Of a stretch of DNA of 64,000 nucleotides, positions 13,873 to 28,280 are shown one piece after another. The stretch is from Eledone cirrhosa (taxonomy: Eukaryota), in the NCBI GenBank assembly GCA_964016885.1, contig OZ024756.1:32674001-32738000 (forward strand), given 5' to 3'. Every line of letters starts with the position of its first letter. Position 1 is the first letter of the stretch. The notes beneath the pieces are model-generated. The model was not told the origin of the DNA. It was given only the letters and a program-made list of their open reading frames with translations, and did no database searches. The translations under genes and the position numbers were made by a program.

Positions 13873-15755
13873 ATATATATATGTGTGTGTATGTATGTAT
13901 ATATGTATGTATATATGTATGTATATATGTATGTATATATGTCTGTATATATGTGTGTATATATGTGTTTATATGTGTGTGTATATATGTGTTTATATGT
14001 GTATGTATATATGTCTGTATGTATATGTGTATATATATGTGTGTGTATAAATGTATGTATATATGTGTGTATATATGTGTGTATATATGTGTTTATATAT
14101 GTATGTATATATGTATGTATATATGTATGTATATATCTATATATGTGTATATATATGTGTGTATATATGTGTGTATATATGTGTGTATATATGTATATAT
14201 GTGTGTATATATGTATATATGTGTATATATGTGTGTATATAGTTCTCTTTCATGTATGTGTATGCATGTGTACTGTGAGTATTTGTAGACAGCATAATTA
14301 TAGGATTTCGTTATCTCTGACCATAGTTAAAATGTGACTTACTTTTCTTGTTGTTTGTTGTTGTTATTGCTAATGTGTTGTTGTTGTTGTTGTTGCTGTG
14401 ATTATTCTATATTTATAGTTGTTTCTATTATTGTTGTTTGTATTTTGGGGGGTGGGGGTGTTGTTACTTTTGTTGTTTTTAAAGTTGTTGCAATTTTTGT
14501 TGGTGTTATTTAAATGTGGCTTTTTGTTGGTGTTGTTCTGTGTTATATTTTGTTGCTGTTGTTGTTATTGTTGTATGAGGTGGTTATTATTATTTTTTTT
14601 TTTTTGTTTCTTTCGCTGTGGTTATTTTATATGATTGTTATTTGTATTTTTGGGGTGTTGTTTTTTGTTTTCATAATTGTTGCAATTTATGTTGCTGTTG
14701 TTTTAAATGCGGCGTGTTGTTGTTGTTGTTGTAATTTCGTCTATAGCGGTTATTACTTTCCATGTTTAAACATAGTTTATTGTTGTTTTTGTTGTTATTA
14801 TTCCTACTATTGTGGTGGTTGTTAATGTCGTTGTTATTGTTGTAGTTACTCACACTATTAGTGTGGTGGTTGTTATTGTTGTTGTAGTTATTCCTTTTAT
14901 TGTGGTTGTTATTGTTCTTGTAGTTATTTCTATTATTGTGGTTGTTGTTGGTGTTGAAGTTATGTTTTTACTGCGGTGATGGTTATTGATTAAACCTGTT
15001 TTATTGTTGTTGTAGTAATTCCTTTTATTGTGGTAGTTGTTATTGTTGTTGTAGGCATTTCTATTATTGTGGTTGTTATTGTTGTTGTACGTATTTCTAA
15101 GGTTGTGGTTATTGTTATTACTATTAAAGTGGTAATTGTTGTATAAATGTACCATATAGTTGTGACTGTAGTTGTTGTTATAGTCATTCCTATTATTATG
15201 CTGATTGCTGTTTTTCAAATGTGACTTATAATTATTTTTATTGTTGTTGCTGTTGTAATTGTTGATGTTGTTGTTAGTATAGGCTGTTACTGATATATTT
15301 TATCTTTTATTTAGTTTTTATATTTGTTTCTTTATTTGGCTCTCTGTAACAGCTGTTCTCGAAGCTTCCTGGAATTGCAAATTCTCAACCATTGATTATT
15401 TTTACAATATTCATATCGTTCTCTTGGCTCCTGTGCCTGTTATTTGTTGCTGCTGTTGTTATTGTGTTGTTGTTCCTTCTCTGTTATTGCTGTTGCTGAT
15501 GTTGCTCTGGTTGTTTTTTTCTGTTCTTATTGATGTTGCTGATATTATTGTTGTTGTGTTGTTGCGCTGTTGTTGCTGTTGTTGATGCTGTTGTAATTGT
15601 TGATGTTACTGCTGCTGTTGTTGTTGTTGCTGTTCTCTGATTGCTGTTGTTGATATTATTTTTATTTTGCTGTAGTTATTTTTGTTTCTGCTGTTGGCAT
15701 TGTTTTTGTTGTTGCTGACGTCGTTATTTTTATTTTTTTAATTTTTGTTGCTGTT
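13580..15755. repeat. Compound low-complexity block: (GCT/GTT)n, (TA/TG)n, degenerate (GTT)n and a ~36-42-bp minisatellite at ~14800-15210
   Basis: Direct reading. Confidence 0.9.
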
Positions 15756-16192
15756 AGAGAGAGGGAGAGAGAAAGAAAGATAGAAGGAGAAAGGAAAGCA
15801 GAGAGAAAGAAACTGAGGGAGACTGTGTAAGAGAGAGACATAGAGAAAGATAGATCGAGATCGAAAGGGGAGCGACTTCTAAGGAGGAATAGAGCTCAAT
15901 ATATTTCGCTCTGGTAAGATTTGAAATTAGATCGCAGAAAGCGTCAAGATTTACTTCAACGTAATTTATTTGGCATTCTAACGAGTCTACCATTTACCAT
16001 CATGAAATATTCAACATGTTTCAATAATGTAATATAATTCTTGAATAGAAAGTTGTCTGAGAGCAACAATATTATTTGTTGTTTCAAAAGGATGAAAACA
16101 AATTTGATCTCGGCGATATTTGATCTAAGAACGTTACGAGCAGGATTATAGCTATATTGAGCGACCACGAAAGTTATGGATTCGTATTTGAA

Positions 16193-16530
16193 GGAGCATA
16201 GCTGAGTGATTAGAGCATTGAGCTTTTAATCGGGAGAATGTGAATTCGATTTTCGGAGCGGGTGATGCGTTGTGTCCTTGAGCAAGACACTTTATTTCTC
16301 GTTGCTCCAGTTTACTCAGCTTTAGAAATGAGGCGACTTCGCAGGTGCCAAGATTTATCGGTCATTGCCTTTCTCCTAGACAACATCGGTGGCGTAGAGA
16401 GGGAGAGGCTGGCATACATGGATGACTGCTTGTCTTCCACAAAAAATCTTGCCTAGATTTTTTACTCGGAGCGGGAATTTCTACGTGAAAATCCCATACT
16501 CATTCGTGATTGAATGGGATTTTATCCTTG
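16193..16530 (+). mobile_element. tRNA-derived SINE family B, near full length
   Basis: tRNA-like head (TAGCTGAGTGATTAGAGC ... GAATTCGATT) followed by GTGTCCTTGAGCAAGACACTTTA, a CORE/V-like central motif. Confidence 0.8.
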
Positions 16531-17258
16531 ATTAAAAGAATCAAGACTGCAACATCTAAAGTAAAACTACCACATTGTCAACAACAACAAAAGCAATGAC
16601 AGCATCAAAAAGAACCATTTCAACAGCCCCATCACCATAACGGAGTCGGTTCGAGGAAGTTCTTTCTGTTAGAAATACCAGCCAATTTCTTTGTATTCTT
16701 TACCTTGTTTTAAAAACACAGAACAAAAAAGACATTACCACACATGATATATTCAGATGCACTAACGTATCTACCAATTCACCAAACATAAAATTTTAAA
16801 TGTTTCAATACTTTTAGGTAATACTTGTATTAGAGCTTCACAATATATTTTATACTGTTGTCAATATATAATTATAAATCTACTCTCAAACATTGTAAGG
16901 TCGTAGCCAGTTTGACCTTTGGAAATTGATTTCAACTGGAGGTTAAATGTTAACGGTCAAAAAGTGAGTGTATGATTAAGATATTTGAATTAAGCAATTT
17001 CCTAGGTTATCGACTTATACATATCGACATCATATATACTCCGTAGATAGAGATGGAGGCACATATACTCCTACACAAACGCATACACACTCGAACACAT
17101 ACACATGCTGGAGCACATATATGTAATGTACGCTATGTTATATATGTATGTATGTAAGTATGCATATATGCATGCATGTATATATACATGCATGTATACA
17201 TATAAGTATATATCTATAAATATATATATATATATATAAATATATATACGTATATATT

Positions 17259-17330
<72 letters not shown>

Positions 17331-17347
17331 TACATATATATAAATAT

Positions 17348-17417
<70 letters not shown>

Positions 17418-17504
17418 TGTATGTATGTGTATCAATGTATCTAATGAACGTGTCTAATATATATTAAGCATATATGTATGCACGCATGAATGTATTTAGG
17501 TCTG

Positions 17505-17548
<44 letters not shown>

Positions 17549-17753
17549 CTTGTTACGCATAGGCTTATTTTATTTACTATAGCCTCGACAGATGCTTAAT
17601 GCTTGTTTATAGCAGACATTTGAGCCCCACCAAGACATTCTTCGGGAACTGCCATTCTAAGTAATGTTACGGACACGTAACCCTCTTACTTTATTTTATT
17701 TTATATTCCGTATTCCATTTTATCTATATCAATATTTTCATTATCTCATCTGA

Positions 17754-17877
17754 CGTTCTGAAGAATGGCTCCATAATATTACTTAAGTTACTTATCTTTC
17801 TTTGAACCAGATCCATAACGATCTAATAATCGATTGATCCAGTGACATTATATGGAGTAGTGAAACAATTGTAAACG
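17754..17877 (+). ncRNA. Type I hammerhead ribozyme with long stem II insertion
   Basis: CGTT-CTGAAGA-(CTCCATA...TATGGAG)-GAAACAATTGTA/AACG; palindromic ACAATTGT stem III; predicted cleavage after 17873. Confidence 0.6.
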
Positions 17878-17891
17878 AACATTATTATTCC

Positions 17892-17990
17892 TGACTTTGC
17901 CTTTCATCCTTACGGGTTCGATAAAATAAAGTACCAGTAATGCACTGGGTAATTGCTGGCCTTGTGCCTAAAGTAGAAATAATTATTATT
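17892..17990 (+). mobile_element. SINE family A, 3' half
   Basis: GACTTTGCCTTTCATCCTTACGGGTTCGATAAAATAAAGTACC...GTAGAAATAATTATT. Confidence 0.85.
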
Positions 17991-18112
17991 CCTTACATTA
18001 ATCTGCAATTAATGTTGACACCTTTTATTCCTTACATTAAACTGCAACTATGCTGACACTCTTTAACTAACGTCTTTCATGTGAATGTTGTGGTCTTGAT
18101 TTGCTTAACTAA

Positions 18113-18346
<234 letters not shown>

Positions 18347-19921
18347 CACATGGTTGTCGTTCGAGCGTCAGGAAAGTGCTTTTCGATATACTTTGAAGCT
18401 CTCATTGTTCAAAGATCAAATCTCGACGTCAGCAATACTGTCTACGTTTATCGTTCTATAATTACAGTACCAGTCACTTGCTATGGTTTAGCAGATTTGT
18501 GATACCTTGCCGTACTAGTTTCTGCCTTTTATAATTCCCAGCTCAGAAACTATTCTAAATAGTGGTTCTTGCAAATTGCCAAATAATTCTTTAGCATGTC
18601 ATCTTTTCTCTGTTAGTCTTGCCAATCAGCTTGTAGTATGTAATGATCGCCGCGAGACGTTTATATCAGAAATTCTTTTCACAAGACCTTAATTTACCAT
18701 AAATATTGTGAATCACTGCAGTAGTTGTAAATCAGGGAGATCAATCCAAGAAAAGCGCGGTTGTAGAGCGATCTTATGCAAGCCTCCATCAGATCATTCG
18801 TTATATTTTGTTAAAATATGCACGACTGGGGAATCGTAATCTTTAGGTAGCATAATATCTTCAGATAAACATATTTAATTCGAAACACAAGACATTAGTC
18901 AACCAGGTATTACAGTAAAAGATTGGAAACAAGTATGAATCTTTTTTTTTTTTTTTTTTTTTTGTGAAGATTTTAACCACATCTGTTCCTTTGTATTTAA
19001 CATGCCGGGGTTGTCGAATAACAAAAGACCTACCGATGACGCCATACATGCCACCAATAATGGATTAATATATTAAAAAATCTGCTGATGAAGGAGTTCA
19101 AATTTTAAAACTGTGTTATTATGAAAAGACCAAATCCATGCAGCCAGAACTTAAGTGGTTTTGTATTCCTATATTATTCAAAATGTCGGAATCGCTAAAT
19201 AACAAAACAGACCTTCCCATAAATGTTAGTAATCTTCTCATACAATGAGTCATTAATTATTAACGAAACAACACGTCTTTTGACTGGTAACGTACATCAT
19301 TCAATAAGAGAGTGTTAGTGGTGGCTGTTGATATGTTGTCATTGAATAACTACCACAGATGCTTCCATTATCTTGCGCACAAGATTAACGGTTAGGCAGG
19401 CGTGTTACAAATTTAATTAACCCTTCATACAATTAGGGGAAATGGCTTTTCGTCTTATCGCCAGCCTTTTTTAAATTTATTTATATTTTGTTACTGGTTG
19501 TTATCTCATATTACCATATATAACAATATATACATACAAAGGAGAAGGGCAAGTCACCAAGAAGTTCAATGAACGCGATCAAGTTCGTGTCTTGTATGTA
19601 TGTATGTATGTTTGTATGTGTACAAGTTCTAGACAAGCGCTGTGTTCATACATATATACAGGTATGCAAATATGATTATATGTATGTATGCATGTATGTA
19701 TGTATGTATGTATGTGTGTGTGTGTGTGTGTACAAGTGATAAACAAGTGCAGGTATACGTAAATACGCTGTGTTCATACATATATACAGGTATGCAAATA
19801 TAATTAAACATATATACGTATGTATGAAATTCGTGGTGTCATGTCTGCCTCGCAGAATAAATATATTTACAAAGGAATTATTGTTCTCTATCAAATATTA
19901 ATTATTATTTCTTGCTGAACA

Positions 19922-20108
19922 TAGGCGGTGGATTGGCAGTATCGGTAGAAGGTCGGACGCCATGCTTTCCAGCATAGTTACGTCCCCTTTACGATCTGAG
20001 TTCAAATCCCGCCGAGGTTGACTTTGCCTTTCATCCTTACGGGGTCGATAAAATAAAGTACCAGTAATGCACTGGGTAATTGCTGGCCTTGTGCCTAAAG
20101 TAGAAACA
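19922..20108 (+). mobile_element. Full-length SINE family A with 18-bp target-site duplication
   Basis: TSD ATTATTTCTTGCTGAACA at 19904-19921 and 20109-20126; A-box-like TGGCAGTATCGG, B-box GAGTTCAAATCCC. Confidence 0.92.
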
Positions 20109-20442
20109 ATTATTTCTTGCTGAACACGTGTTGTATATTCTCTTTCTCTATAAACACACAACCTCACACTTTCACACACTCATACATTTACACCTTCACT
20201 CAGAAACACTCACACACACGGACAAGCAAAAAGTCTCAGACACACTCACACATACACATGCACTCACACACACACATTAAAAAAAAGACACACACACACA
20301 CTCATAAACACTTATACACACACATATACTCACACTCTAACGCACTCGCACACAATCACAGTCATACACAAGCACATTCAGACACACTCACACACATATA
20401 TTTCAATATTGAAAATGATCACAGAAAAGCCGTTACAGCCTC

Positions 20443-20620
20443 GCAGTAACGGTAGAGGGTCGGGCGCCATGCTTTGGAGCATAGATTTACGTCCCTTTGC
20501 GGTCTGAATTCAAATTCTGCCGAGGTTAACTTTGCCTTTCATCCTTATGGAGTCGATAAAATAAAATACCAGTAATTCACTGGGATAATTGCTGACCTTG
20601 TGCCAAAAGTAGAAACTACT
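20443..20620 (+). mobile_element. SINE family A
   Basis: Same motifs as 19922-20108. Confidence 0.85.
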
Positions 20621-21161
20621 AATGTCATGCTTGTTGGAAAGACAAACAAAAATGTTGCAACGTATCGGATATTTGTCCTTTTTCAAAACGAGAAACGTTA
20701 CAAGAATGCGGAGATTAGAAGGTGGCAGTAAACACAAAGTGTTTATCTGGATAGGAGTGTTTGGTAGGGAAATAGTCCGGTGTATAGAATGGCATAATGT
20801 ATTTATTTGAAATACAAATGACTTTTACTGGACTACAATTTTTTCCTTCTATTAGCATGAAACATGTTGTATTGAGTTCCTTATGTAACTGAACTATTCT
20901 CAGCTTTCAACATGGAAAGCCATCTCATCTCGTATATACAGATAAATAATTAAAATGGCACTCTTTTGTTTGTCTAAAGTTCGCTTGTATCTGGTGATTC
21001 GAGAATCCTGGAGGAGCAGCTGGATGTAACTTCCGAAATATAATGAATATATAACATTCTGTGCTTAGGTATTGGAGACATTTTCCTCGTGCTTGCAACT
21101 CCAGGCGAGCGTATGGATATATACAAACATACATATACACACACACACACACACACGCACA

Positions 21162-21267
<106 letters not shown>

Positions 21268-21363
21268 TATATATATATATATACATATATATACACATAC
21301 ACACACATACATATATACATATATATATACACATACGCACACATACATATATACATACATATA

Positions 21364-21397
<34 letters not shown>

Positions 21398-21919
21398 CAC
21401 ACACATGAAAGATTTCCTTTCAGAGATTTATTAAACATGCCCATTTGGGATAGTATTAAACTAACGACAATGTTCTTTCACTTATAATATTTTTCTTCTT
21501 ATTAAATACATCTGAATGTGTTGTTTGTTTTATTTACAACAATTTTTAACATCGGCATGGTTTTCCCAATGAGCTGCATATATCTGGTAATTTCCTAGTT
21601 CATAGGTGGGTCCATACTGCGTATAATCCAAGTCCATGGAGCTGATAGCAGTTGATGGCAGGATTAAATCCCAACATCTACCAGTGTTACTCATTTTCAT
21701 CTTAGTAATGGAAATATACGTGAAGTGAAAGTTCCTTCCTTACGGATACACCAAGGAAATGGTTCTGTTTATTACACCCCCGTGTTTATAAGCGATTATG
21801 GGAAAAACATTCTGGAGAGAGGGATTTGGAAGAAAAAAGATTGGGTTCCGTTTGGCTTTATTTATATATATATATTAGACACGCATTGAGAGGTGACTTT
21901 GGTAAACCAACAGCATCAG

Positions 21920-21996
21920 GACGTTACATTCCCTAAACTATATATATATAAGAAGTATTTATGCTATCCAGCAAATAATAATGGGCATGAATTTAA

Positions 21997-22045
<49 letters not shown>

Positions 22046-22050
22046 TATAT

Positions 22051-22136
<86 letters not shown>

Positions 22137-22215
22137 TTAAATTCATGTCCATTATTATTTGCTGGTTAGCATAAATACTTCTTATATATATATATAGTTT
22201 AGGGAATGTAACGTC
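21920..22215. repeat. ~83-bp inverted repeat flanking a (TA)n tract
   Basis: 21920-22002 versus 22130-22215, about 2 substitutions plus a TA-length difference. Confidence 0.9.
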
Positions 22216-22310
22216 ATATATATATATTGAGATAAGCGGAACAAGTAACATTCAAACAATCTTTCAAAAAAAATTCCAAAAATATAATTTAAATATTTAC
22301 CTATCCATAT

Positions 22311-22391
22311 TGCCTTTACCGACGGTTTCGCATCACAAAACATTGGAAATCCGAGGGACTTCCAATGGAAAGTTCGGCTCTTCAGAAAGCA
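22311..22391 (-). ncRNA. Type I hammerhead ribozyme
   Basis: Minus strand reads TGCTTT-CTGAAGA-GC..CATTGGAA..TTCCAATG..GC-GAAACCGTCGGTA/AAGGCA. Intact core, 6-bp stem I, stem III ACC:GGT. Confidence 0.75.
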
Positions 22392-23557
22392 TTTTCCCTT
22401 TCATAGGACATAAAGTCCCACAGCCGGCAAATATATTGTCTTCAGTCAGCTAGTGCAGGATCGAATGGGGACGTAAACGTGACCTTCACGGGAACTGGTG
22501 GTTAGTAGAAGCGGGAGTAGCATAGACGTTATATATATATAAGATAAAATCAAAAAAAACGAAAACAATATCGAAGAGTGCAGTACAAACAGTGTTAGTA
22601 TTATAAGAACAGATTAAAGTTTAAGCAAAGAATCGTTGCTTTCACTCTTCGGATTTTAATCTTCACATTTGTTATTACTATATGTATATATATATATATA
22701 TGAGATGTCACTGAAATTTCTGCCAAACAAATTCTACTCGAAAGGCGGAAGAAGATCGACGTGCCATGCAGCGGTACGCTATGTCCGCTACCACATAACT
22801 GGAAAACGAATTTCTTCCTTAACCACAGAGCCCTGCCTGCACCTCTATATAAGTTGGTTTAAGTGAAGTATGAAAGTTTTTATAGGTCACACGTTTCATT
22901 TAGCTTTTCCATTCCATTAGAGATTATTAGTGGTAAATGGAAAACATTGTAACATTTAGAAAATATTATGCAACACAACGACGGAATCTCACACAAATTC
23001 CCACATACATACATATAGAGAGAGAGAGAGAGAGAGACTCATACACACGGGAAGAAAACGAAATAAATGTAAACTATAGTGTAAATGAATAATTAAGAAA
23101 TATTATGCCAGGTAGTTATCTCATATTTTTGCTCATGTTGGTAAATACAATTAACATATATTAAAAAAATATCTCACGTTGCTGATGCACCTTTTATGGA
23201 AAAAAACTAAACTAAACTAAATAAAGAACATTACACTAAAAATAAATAAATTACATTTTTTAAAATATATATATTTTTTTGGTAATGGACGAATTATTGA
23301 TTTACAGAGGAGTTAAAATAGAAATTTTTAATCTGAATTTAAAATGGTAATTTGTATAGATTAGAAGTTTTGATTAATAAAAGAGAAAAAAAGTGTATAG
23401 TATGCAATTGAATTTACTTCCAAGTGGAGGAATCTAATAAATCTCAACATACTTCCAACAAAAACGCGGAAGAAATATAATATAATGTTATATATATATA
23501 TACACACATAAAAACACATACGTATATATATATACACACACATACAAACACAGATAG

Positions 23558-23958
<401 letters not shown>

Positions 23959-24286
23959 CTAAATATATCATAACGTAAAAAGTAGAAGTAAAAACAACAA
24001 CCGTCGTTTCAGACATATTTATTAAAGAAAATATATCAAAGTACTTTAATAACATGGCGGTTTTCTTCTCAATAAATTGACCATCTTTGTTTGTGTTCAT
24101 AACATGAAAACTTTCTTAAAAATAGTTGCACACTTTTATTATTTTTTTCTTCATTTCATTTCACATATAAAATCGATGCTCTGAACGTGTATCTGTCTAA
24201 GCAAACGTTTCCTTTATTTTCTTGTCTTTATTTTGAATTCTTCGCTCTTTTACAATTATTATTATTATTATTGTTATTATTATTAA

Positions 24287-24326
<40 letters not shown>

Positions 24327-25110
24327 TTATGATTGAAATTTATGATTATGATGCGGAACTAGCTTCTACATCTCAGTTTAATAAACTACTGGAGATTAAT
24401 AATGAAAATGGTTGCTTTACTGTTAGACAATCACAGAAAAATGTTTTACTCAAAGAAAGCCAAGTTTCGATGTTGCTTGAGATTAACAAGTTTAAAAAAA
24501 TAGTCTATAGAAATACTGTTGAGAATAAACCAGTAAAGATTTTAATTACATTTAAAGATGAACTTAAGTGAGAACAGGCGGGCACGTGTAAAGATGAGGT
24601 GTGTGTGTGTTGGGTAATGGAACACTAGAGCAGTGATAATTATTTAAAATAATCATTTCAGTTAGTGAAAATTTAAAAAAAATGTTTCGGCCGCCGAAAT
24701 ATAAAAGGGAAGTTTTTATATCCTCTCGAATTGGCTGCACTTTCTTTGTAGACGGAATATGGGGAGGCGTTATTATAACTGATGTTTGATTTGTACTAGT
24801 TGTGTGTCTGTGTGAGCGTGTCTATGTGTATGTGTGAGACAGAGAGAGAAAGAGAAGTGTAGAAATAGTGTAGTTTCCTATTGAAATATCATAGAGTATC
24901 ATAGAGTCGGACAGGGGCATGCTGTGTCATGATGATCATTGTGGGTCTTTATGTAGAATCCGACTCTGACAGTTTGAGTCCAAGTCATACCTGAATACCT
25001 GTTACCACACGTTCTCAAAGGAAAGTAAATGTATGAATCCATTAATCGGATCGAACCAGGGATCCAAAGTTTATAATATAAAACGTCATTGGTCAGGCAC
25101 ATAATAAAAT

Positions 25111-25220
25111 TCATACCATCCATTGAAACCCCAATGAAATGTATACCATCCATGGCCATCCTGATAATATCTAATCCATCCATGGTCACCCTGATGAAAT
25201 GTATACTATCCACGACCACT
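25111..25220 (+). repeat. 30-bp minisatellite, ~3.7 units
   Basis: Units start at 25111, 25141, 25171 and 25201; consensus GTATACCATCCATGGTCACCCTGATGAAAT. Confidence 0.8.
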
Positions 25221-25742
25221 CTTGTCTTGTTAGTTATATGTAAGCATATATTATCTAATCTGTCTTCTCATTTTCTTTCGGTGTCAGACTGTAGATGGAT
25301 TTGAGAAAGATTTGGTTGATGATTCTACAGGGTTGTATACGTAAATAGAGGCCCCGACGGTAGCATGGTGGAGAGAAAGAGAGTAGATGTTACGGGACAT
25401 AGCCTGGTGGAAGTCAGGCTGGCACTCGAGTTTAATCTTCTGTTGTGCCTATTTCTAAAGACTGACCAAGGGACTGCAGAGACGCATACACACATGGCCA
25501 GAGTTCAGCACACACTCGTTCACATGTAAACACAACCACACCAATACGCATAAGTAGACATAAACTTAGGCATACAAACATTGAAAGGCACACGCACACT
25601 GACATGCACATATGTATAGGGTTTTCGGTTGTAAATGGATGAGCTTTGGTGGCAGTGATGTTGGCACTGGACTTCATGCTTCTGTTCTGCTTATTTCTAT
25701 AGACTGACCTAGAGAAATACGTTATTGGTCACTTCTCATACC

Positions 25743-25784
<42 letters not shown>

Positions 25785-25984
25785 TACCCCCCCCCACACA
25801 CACATGTACACACCCACACACATGTACACATGCGCACACTCTTGTACAAATTCACACAACCACTCACTCATACACACAATCCTGCACACATTCCTACACG
25901 CGTAAACACAACCTCCACCTACACCTGTCCGCAGACACAGAATTAGACACAAACAACTGCTGGCATACGTACGTGCATACACCC

Positions 25985-26120
25985 ATAAGTTCGTGCGTTC
26001 GATTCCCAGTATGGGTGGCACATTGTTTCCTTGAGTCACGAAATACATTTCATGTTGCTCTAACTCACACATCTGAAAATAAATATCAGTGGCAGTTGAG
26101 GATCATACTTGCGATGGACT
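25985..26120 (+). mobile_element. Degenerate SINE family B fragment
   Basis: GTTCGATTCCC...TTGTTTCCTTGAGTCACGAAATACATTTCATGTTGCTC. Confidence 0.55.
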
Positions 26121-27564
26121 AGCATACAGGCATTGTATTTTAATTCGCTTAAAACTGATAAATTAAAACGTGTAGGCGGGAGATAAAATTGAAGAATAGT
26201 CCCTCGTGGGCCTTTAAAAGTATAAATATAATTAAACAGGTGAAGTCTCCTCTGCGGAAATAAAACAAAATTAGTTTAATTATTGTAATTAGCTACTGAG
26301 AAATGAATATTGTTCAGATCTTCATCACACGATAATTATTTATATGGAAACGTTTAATTCTTCTTTGCATTAAAATATCTTAAAGCTAACATGTCTATGC
26401 CGAGTAGTTCAGTAGAAAGAGGGGGAAGAGTGAGAGAGAGAAAGATTTAGAAAAAAATCAATACATTTAAACTTAAAAGCTGTGGAGACAAAATGAAGTT
26501 ATGGAATAGTACATTTTATCGAGTAAAAAAAAAAATAATAATCCAGTGAATTCTACTTTGTAACAAGGAAAAACAAGAGGAATTGCTACAAATGTAACGG
26601 CTATGGAAGCGAAATAATATAGTTAACAAAGATTATATTCTGGTTCACACAATAGGGAAATTATGTAATACAAAATGGAAGTCATTTTGTATCAAACAAT
26701 AACAATTTCAAATTGAATAACATCTATTGACGATAACAAGATGGTTGTAACCCCTAAATATTTCAGCTTTTGCAGTCGGTTAATTAAATTTATCTTAGCA
26801 ACAGCATTTGCAAAGTCGATGTTGCATGTTATATTAATTCTTGTTGTTTTCCATAAAGATATTCATTTCGATAACCTTTAGCTGCGCAGAGAGTTGAGAA
26901 TTGATTGGAAATGCATTTAAGTTAATTGAATAACATAATGGGTTTAATTATTCTAATTAGTAAATCGTTCGAGTAGGAAACAGAATTAGTTACCTCACCC
27001 TCACTTCGTCAAAATTCGTACGTAAACTATATTTATTTTTAATGTTCTTTCTTACTTTTCTTGAATTTAAGCGATAGTGTTATGAACCCACACTACATTA
27101 TTTAGCCTTTACAAGATTTAACAAGATTTAACAATGATGGCGGATGTACAAGCTGAATTAATAAATTGGAAAACAGTGACTTTCTATAATTGATTGAAAG
27201 GCGGAATTTATATTTAGAAATAACAATTCTTTTAAAGAATTTAATTCGCGCTATGTAATGTATTTCTAGGTGGTATGTGTGTGCCTGGATGAGTGCCCGG
27301 ATAACATGTTCAGACATGATGGGATTTTCTACTTAAAACCGTTAGCTTGTTTAGCGTTGTGCAGGAGTGTGCGACCACATAGTGAATAATAACTGATTGG
27401 CGACATCTTTTAGAATTGGTCTTTGACGTATTGTGTTCAAGAAATACTGTGATCTCCATTGTCACATATGATAAAAAGATAAGGAAACATCGCGATGGAC
27501 AGACAAGACCAAGGAAACAATGCTCCTATTGCTTATATTATCTGCCGGTCAGAACACCTGACAC

Positions 27565-27685
27565 AAGGAACCACGTGAAACAAAGTACTTTCTTCAAGAA
27601 CACAAAACAGTGCCTCCATCAAGAAACCGAACCAATGACCGTATGATCATGTGTTGAATAACCTAAACTCTAAAGCATGCAGCTC
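27565..27685 (-). mobile_element. Degenerate SINE family B fragment
   Basis: CACGTGAAACAAAGTACTTTCTTCAAGAACACA resembles the reverse complement of the family B core. Confidence 0.5.
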
Positions 27686-27989
27686 CACACATTATAAAGC
27701 TATCTATGAAAGAACCAATATTTATATTACAGCCGTTCGTAAATCGAAGTCCATTATAACATTTTGTAATTACGACCCTATGAAAAATATCGATAACATT
27801 ATTTGATATATTATGTACTGAACATCTGAACTTTTGTAAGGAATCGGTATCGATATCATATGTGTATTGATTATATTGATACTTACGATCTCTTAACCTT
27901 TCTTATATGTAAACATACCTTCACACATAACGTTATGGATACAAACAACTGAATAGGTCAAACAGCAAATACTTTAGAAGTTGTAAATA

Positions 27990-28280
27990 TTTGAGAGATT
28001 ACATCTATACTATGGAGCTTGTGGTTAGAATGTCTCAGGGAAGAATCGCTGGACACATTTTACGGACAAAACCAACCGGAAGAAGATCCAGAGGTACACC
28101 CCAAAGAAGATGATTAGATAACATACATGGGTTTGGCTAGTCACACTTGATCAGTTGGATACGGTTGATCCAGTAAGATCAGTTGGAGACGGTTGCTTCT
28201 AACGGGACCCGCTGGAAGGGGCATTTTAAGACTCTGTCCCACGACACTCTCAGAAATAAGTGGGCGAAGAAGAAGAAGAC
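27990..28280 (+). mobile_element. RTE-like LINE 3' end (pseudogenised RT C-terminus)
   Basis: Translates VVRMSQGRIAGHILRTKPTGRRSRGTPQRR*LDNIH (the G.R.RGRP..RW.D motif); ends in (GAA)n. Confidence 0.75.

Noticed and set aside
12688-14050. Poly-His/Met/Asp/Cys ORFs
   Set aside because: Produced by (CAT)n and (TGT/TGC)n repeats and open in several frames on both strands
16193-16262. tRNA gene candidates (A/B boxes here and at 19924, 39408, 53422)
   Set aside because: No cloverleaf; most continue into SINE bodies
18362-18436. Minus-strand CTGACGT...GAAAAGCACTTTC HHR candidate
   Set aside because: Core mutated and stem I absent
19085-19120. Isolated CTGATGA (also 25191 and 55222)
   Set aside because: No compatible GAAA box with stems I-III
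22698-22893. Possible mariner-type MITE (also TACGAG-like starts at 38084 and 47666)
   Set aside because: TIRs too degenerate or partner end not found
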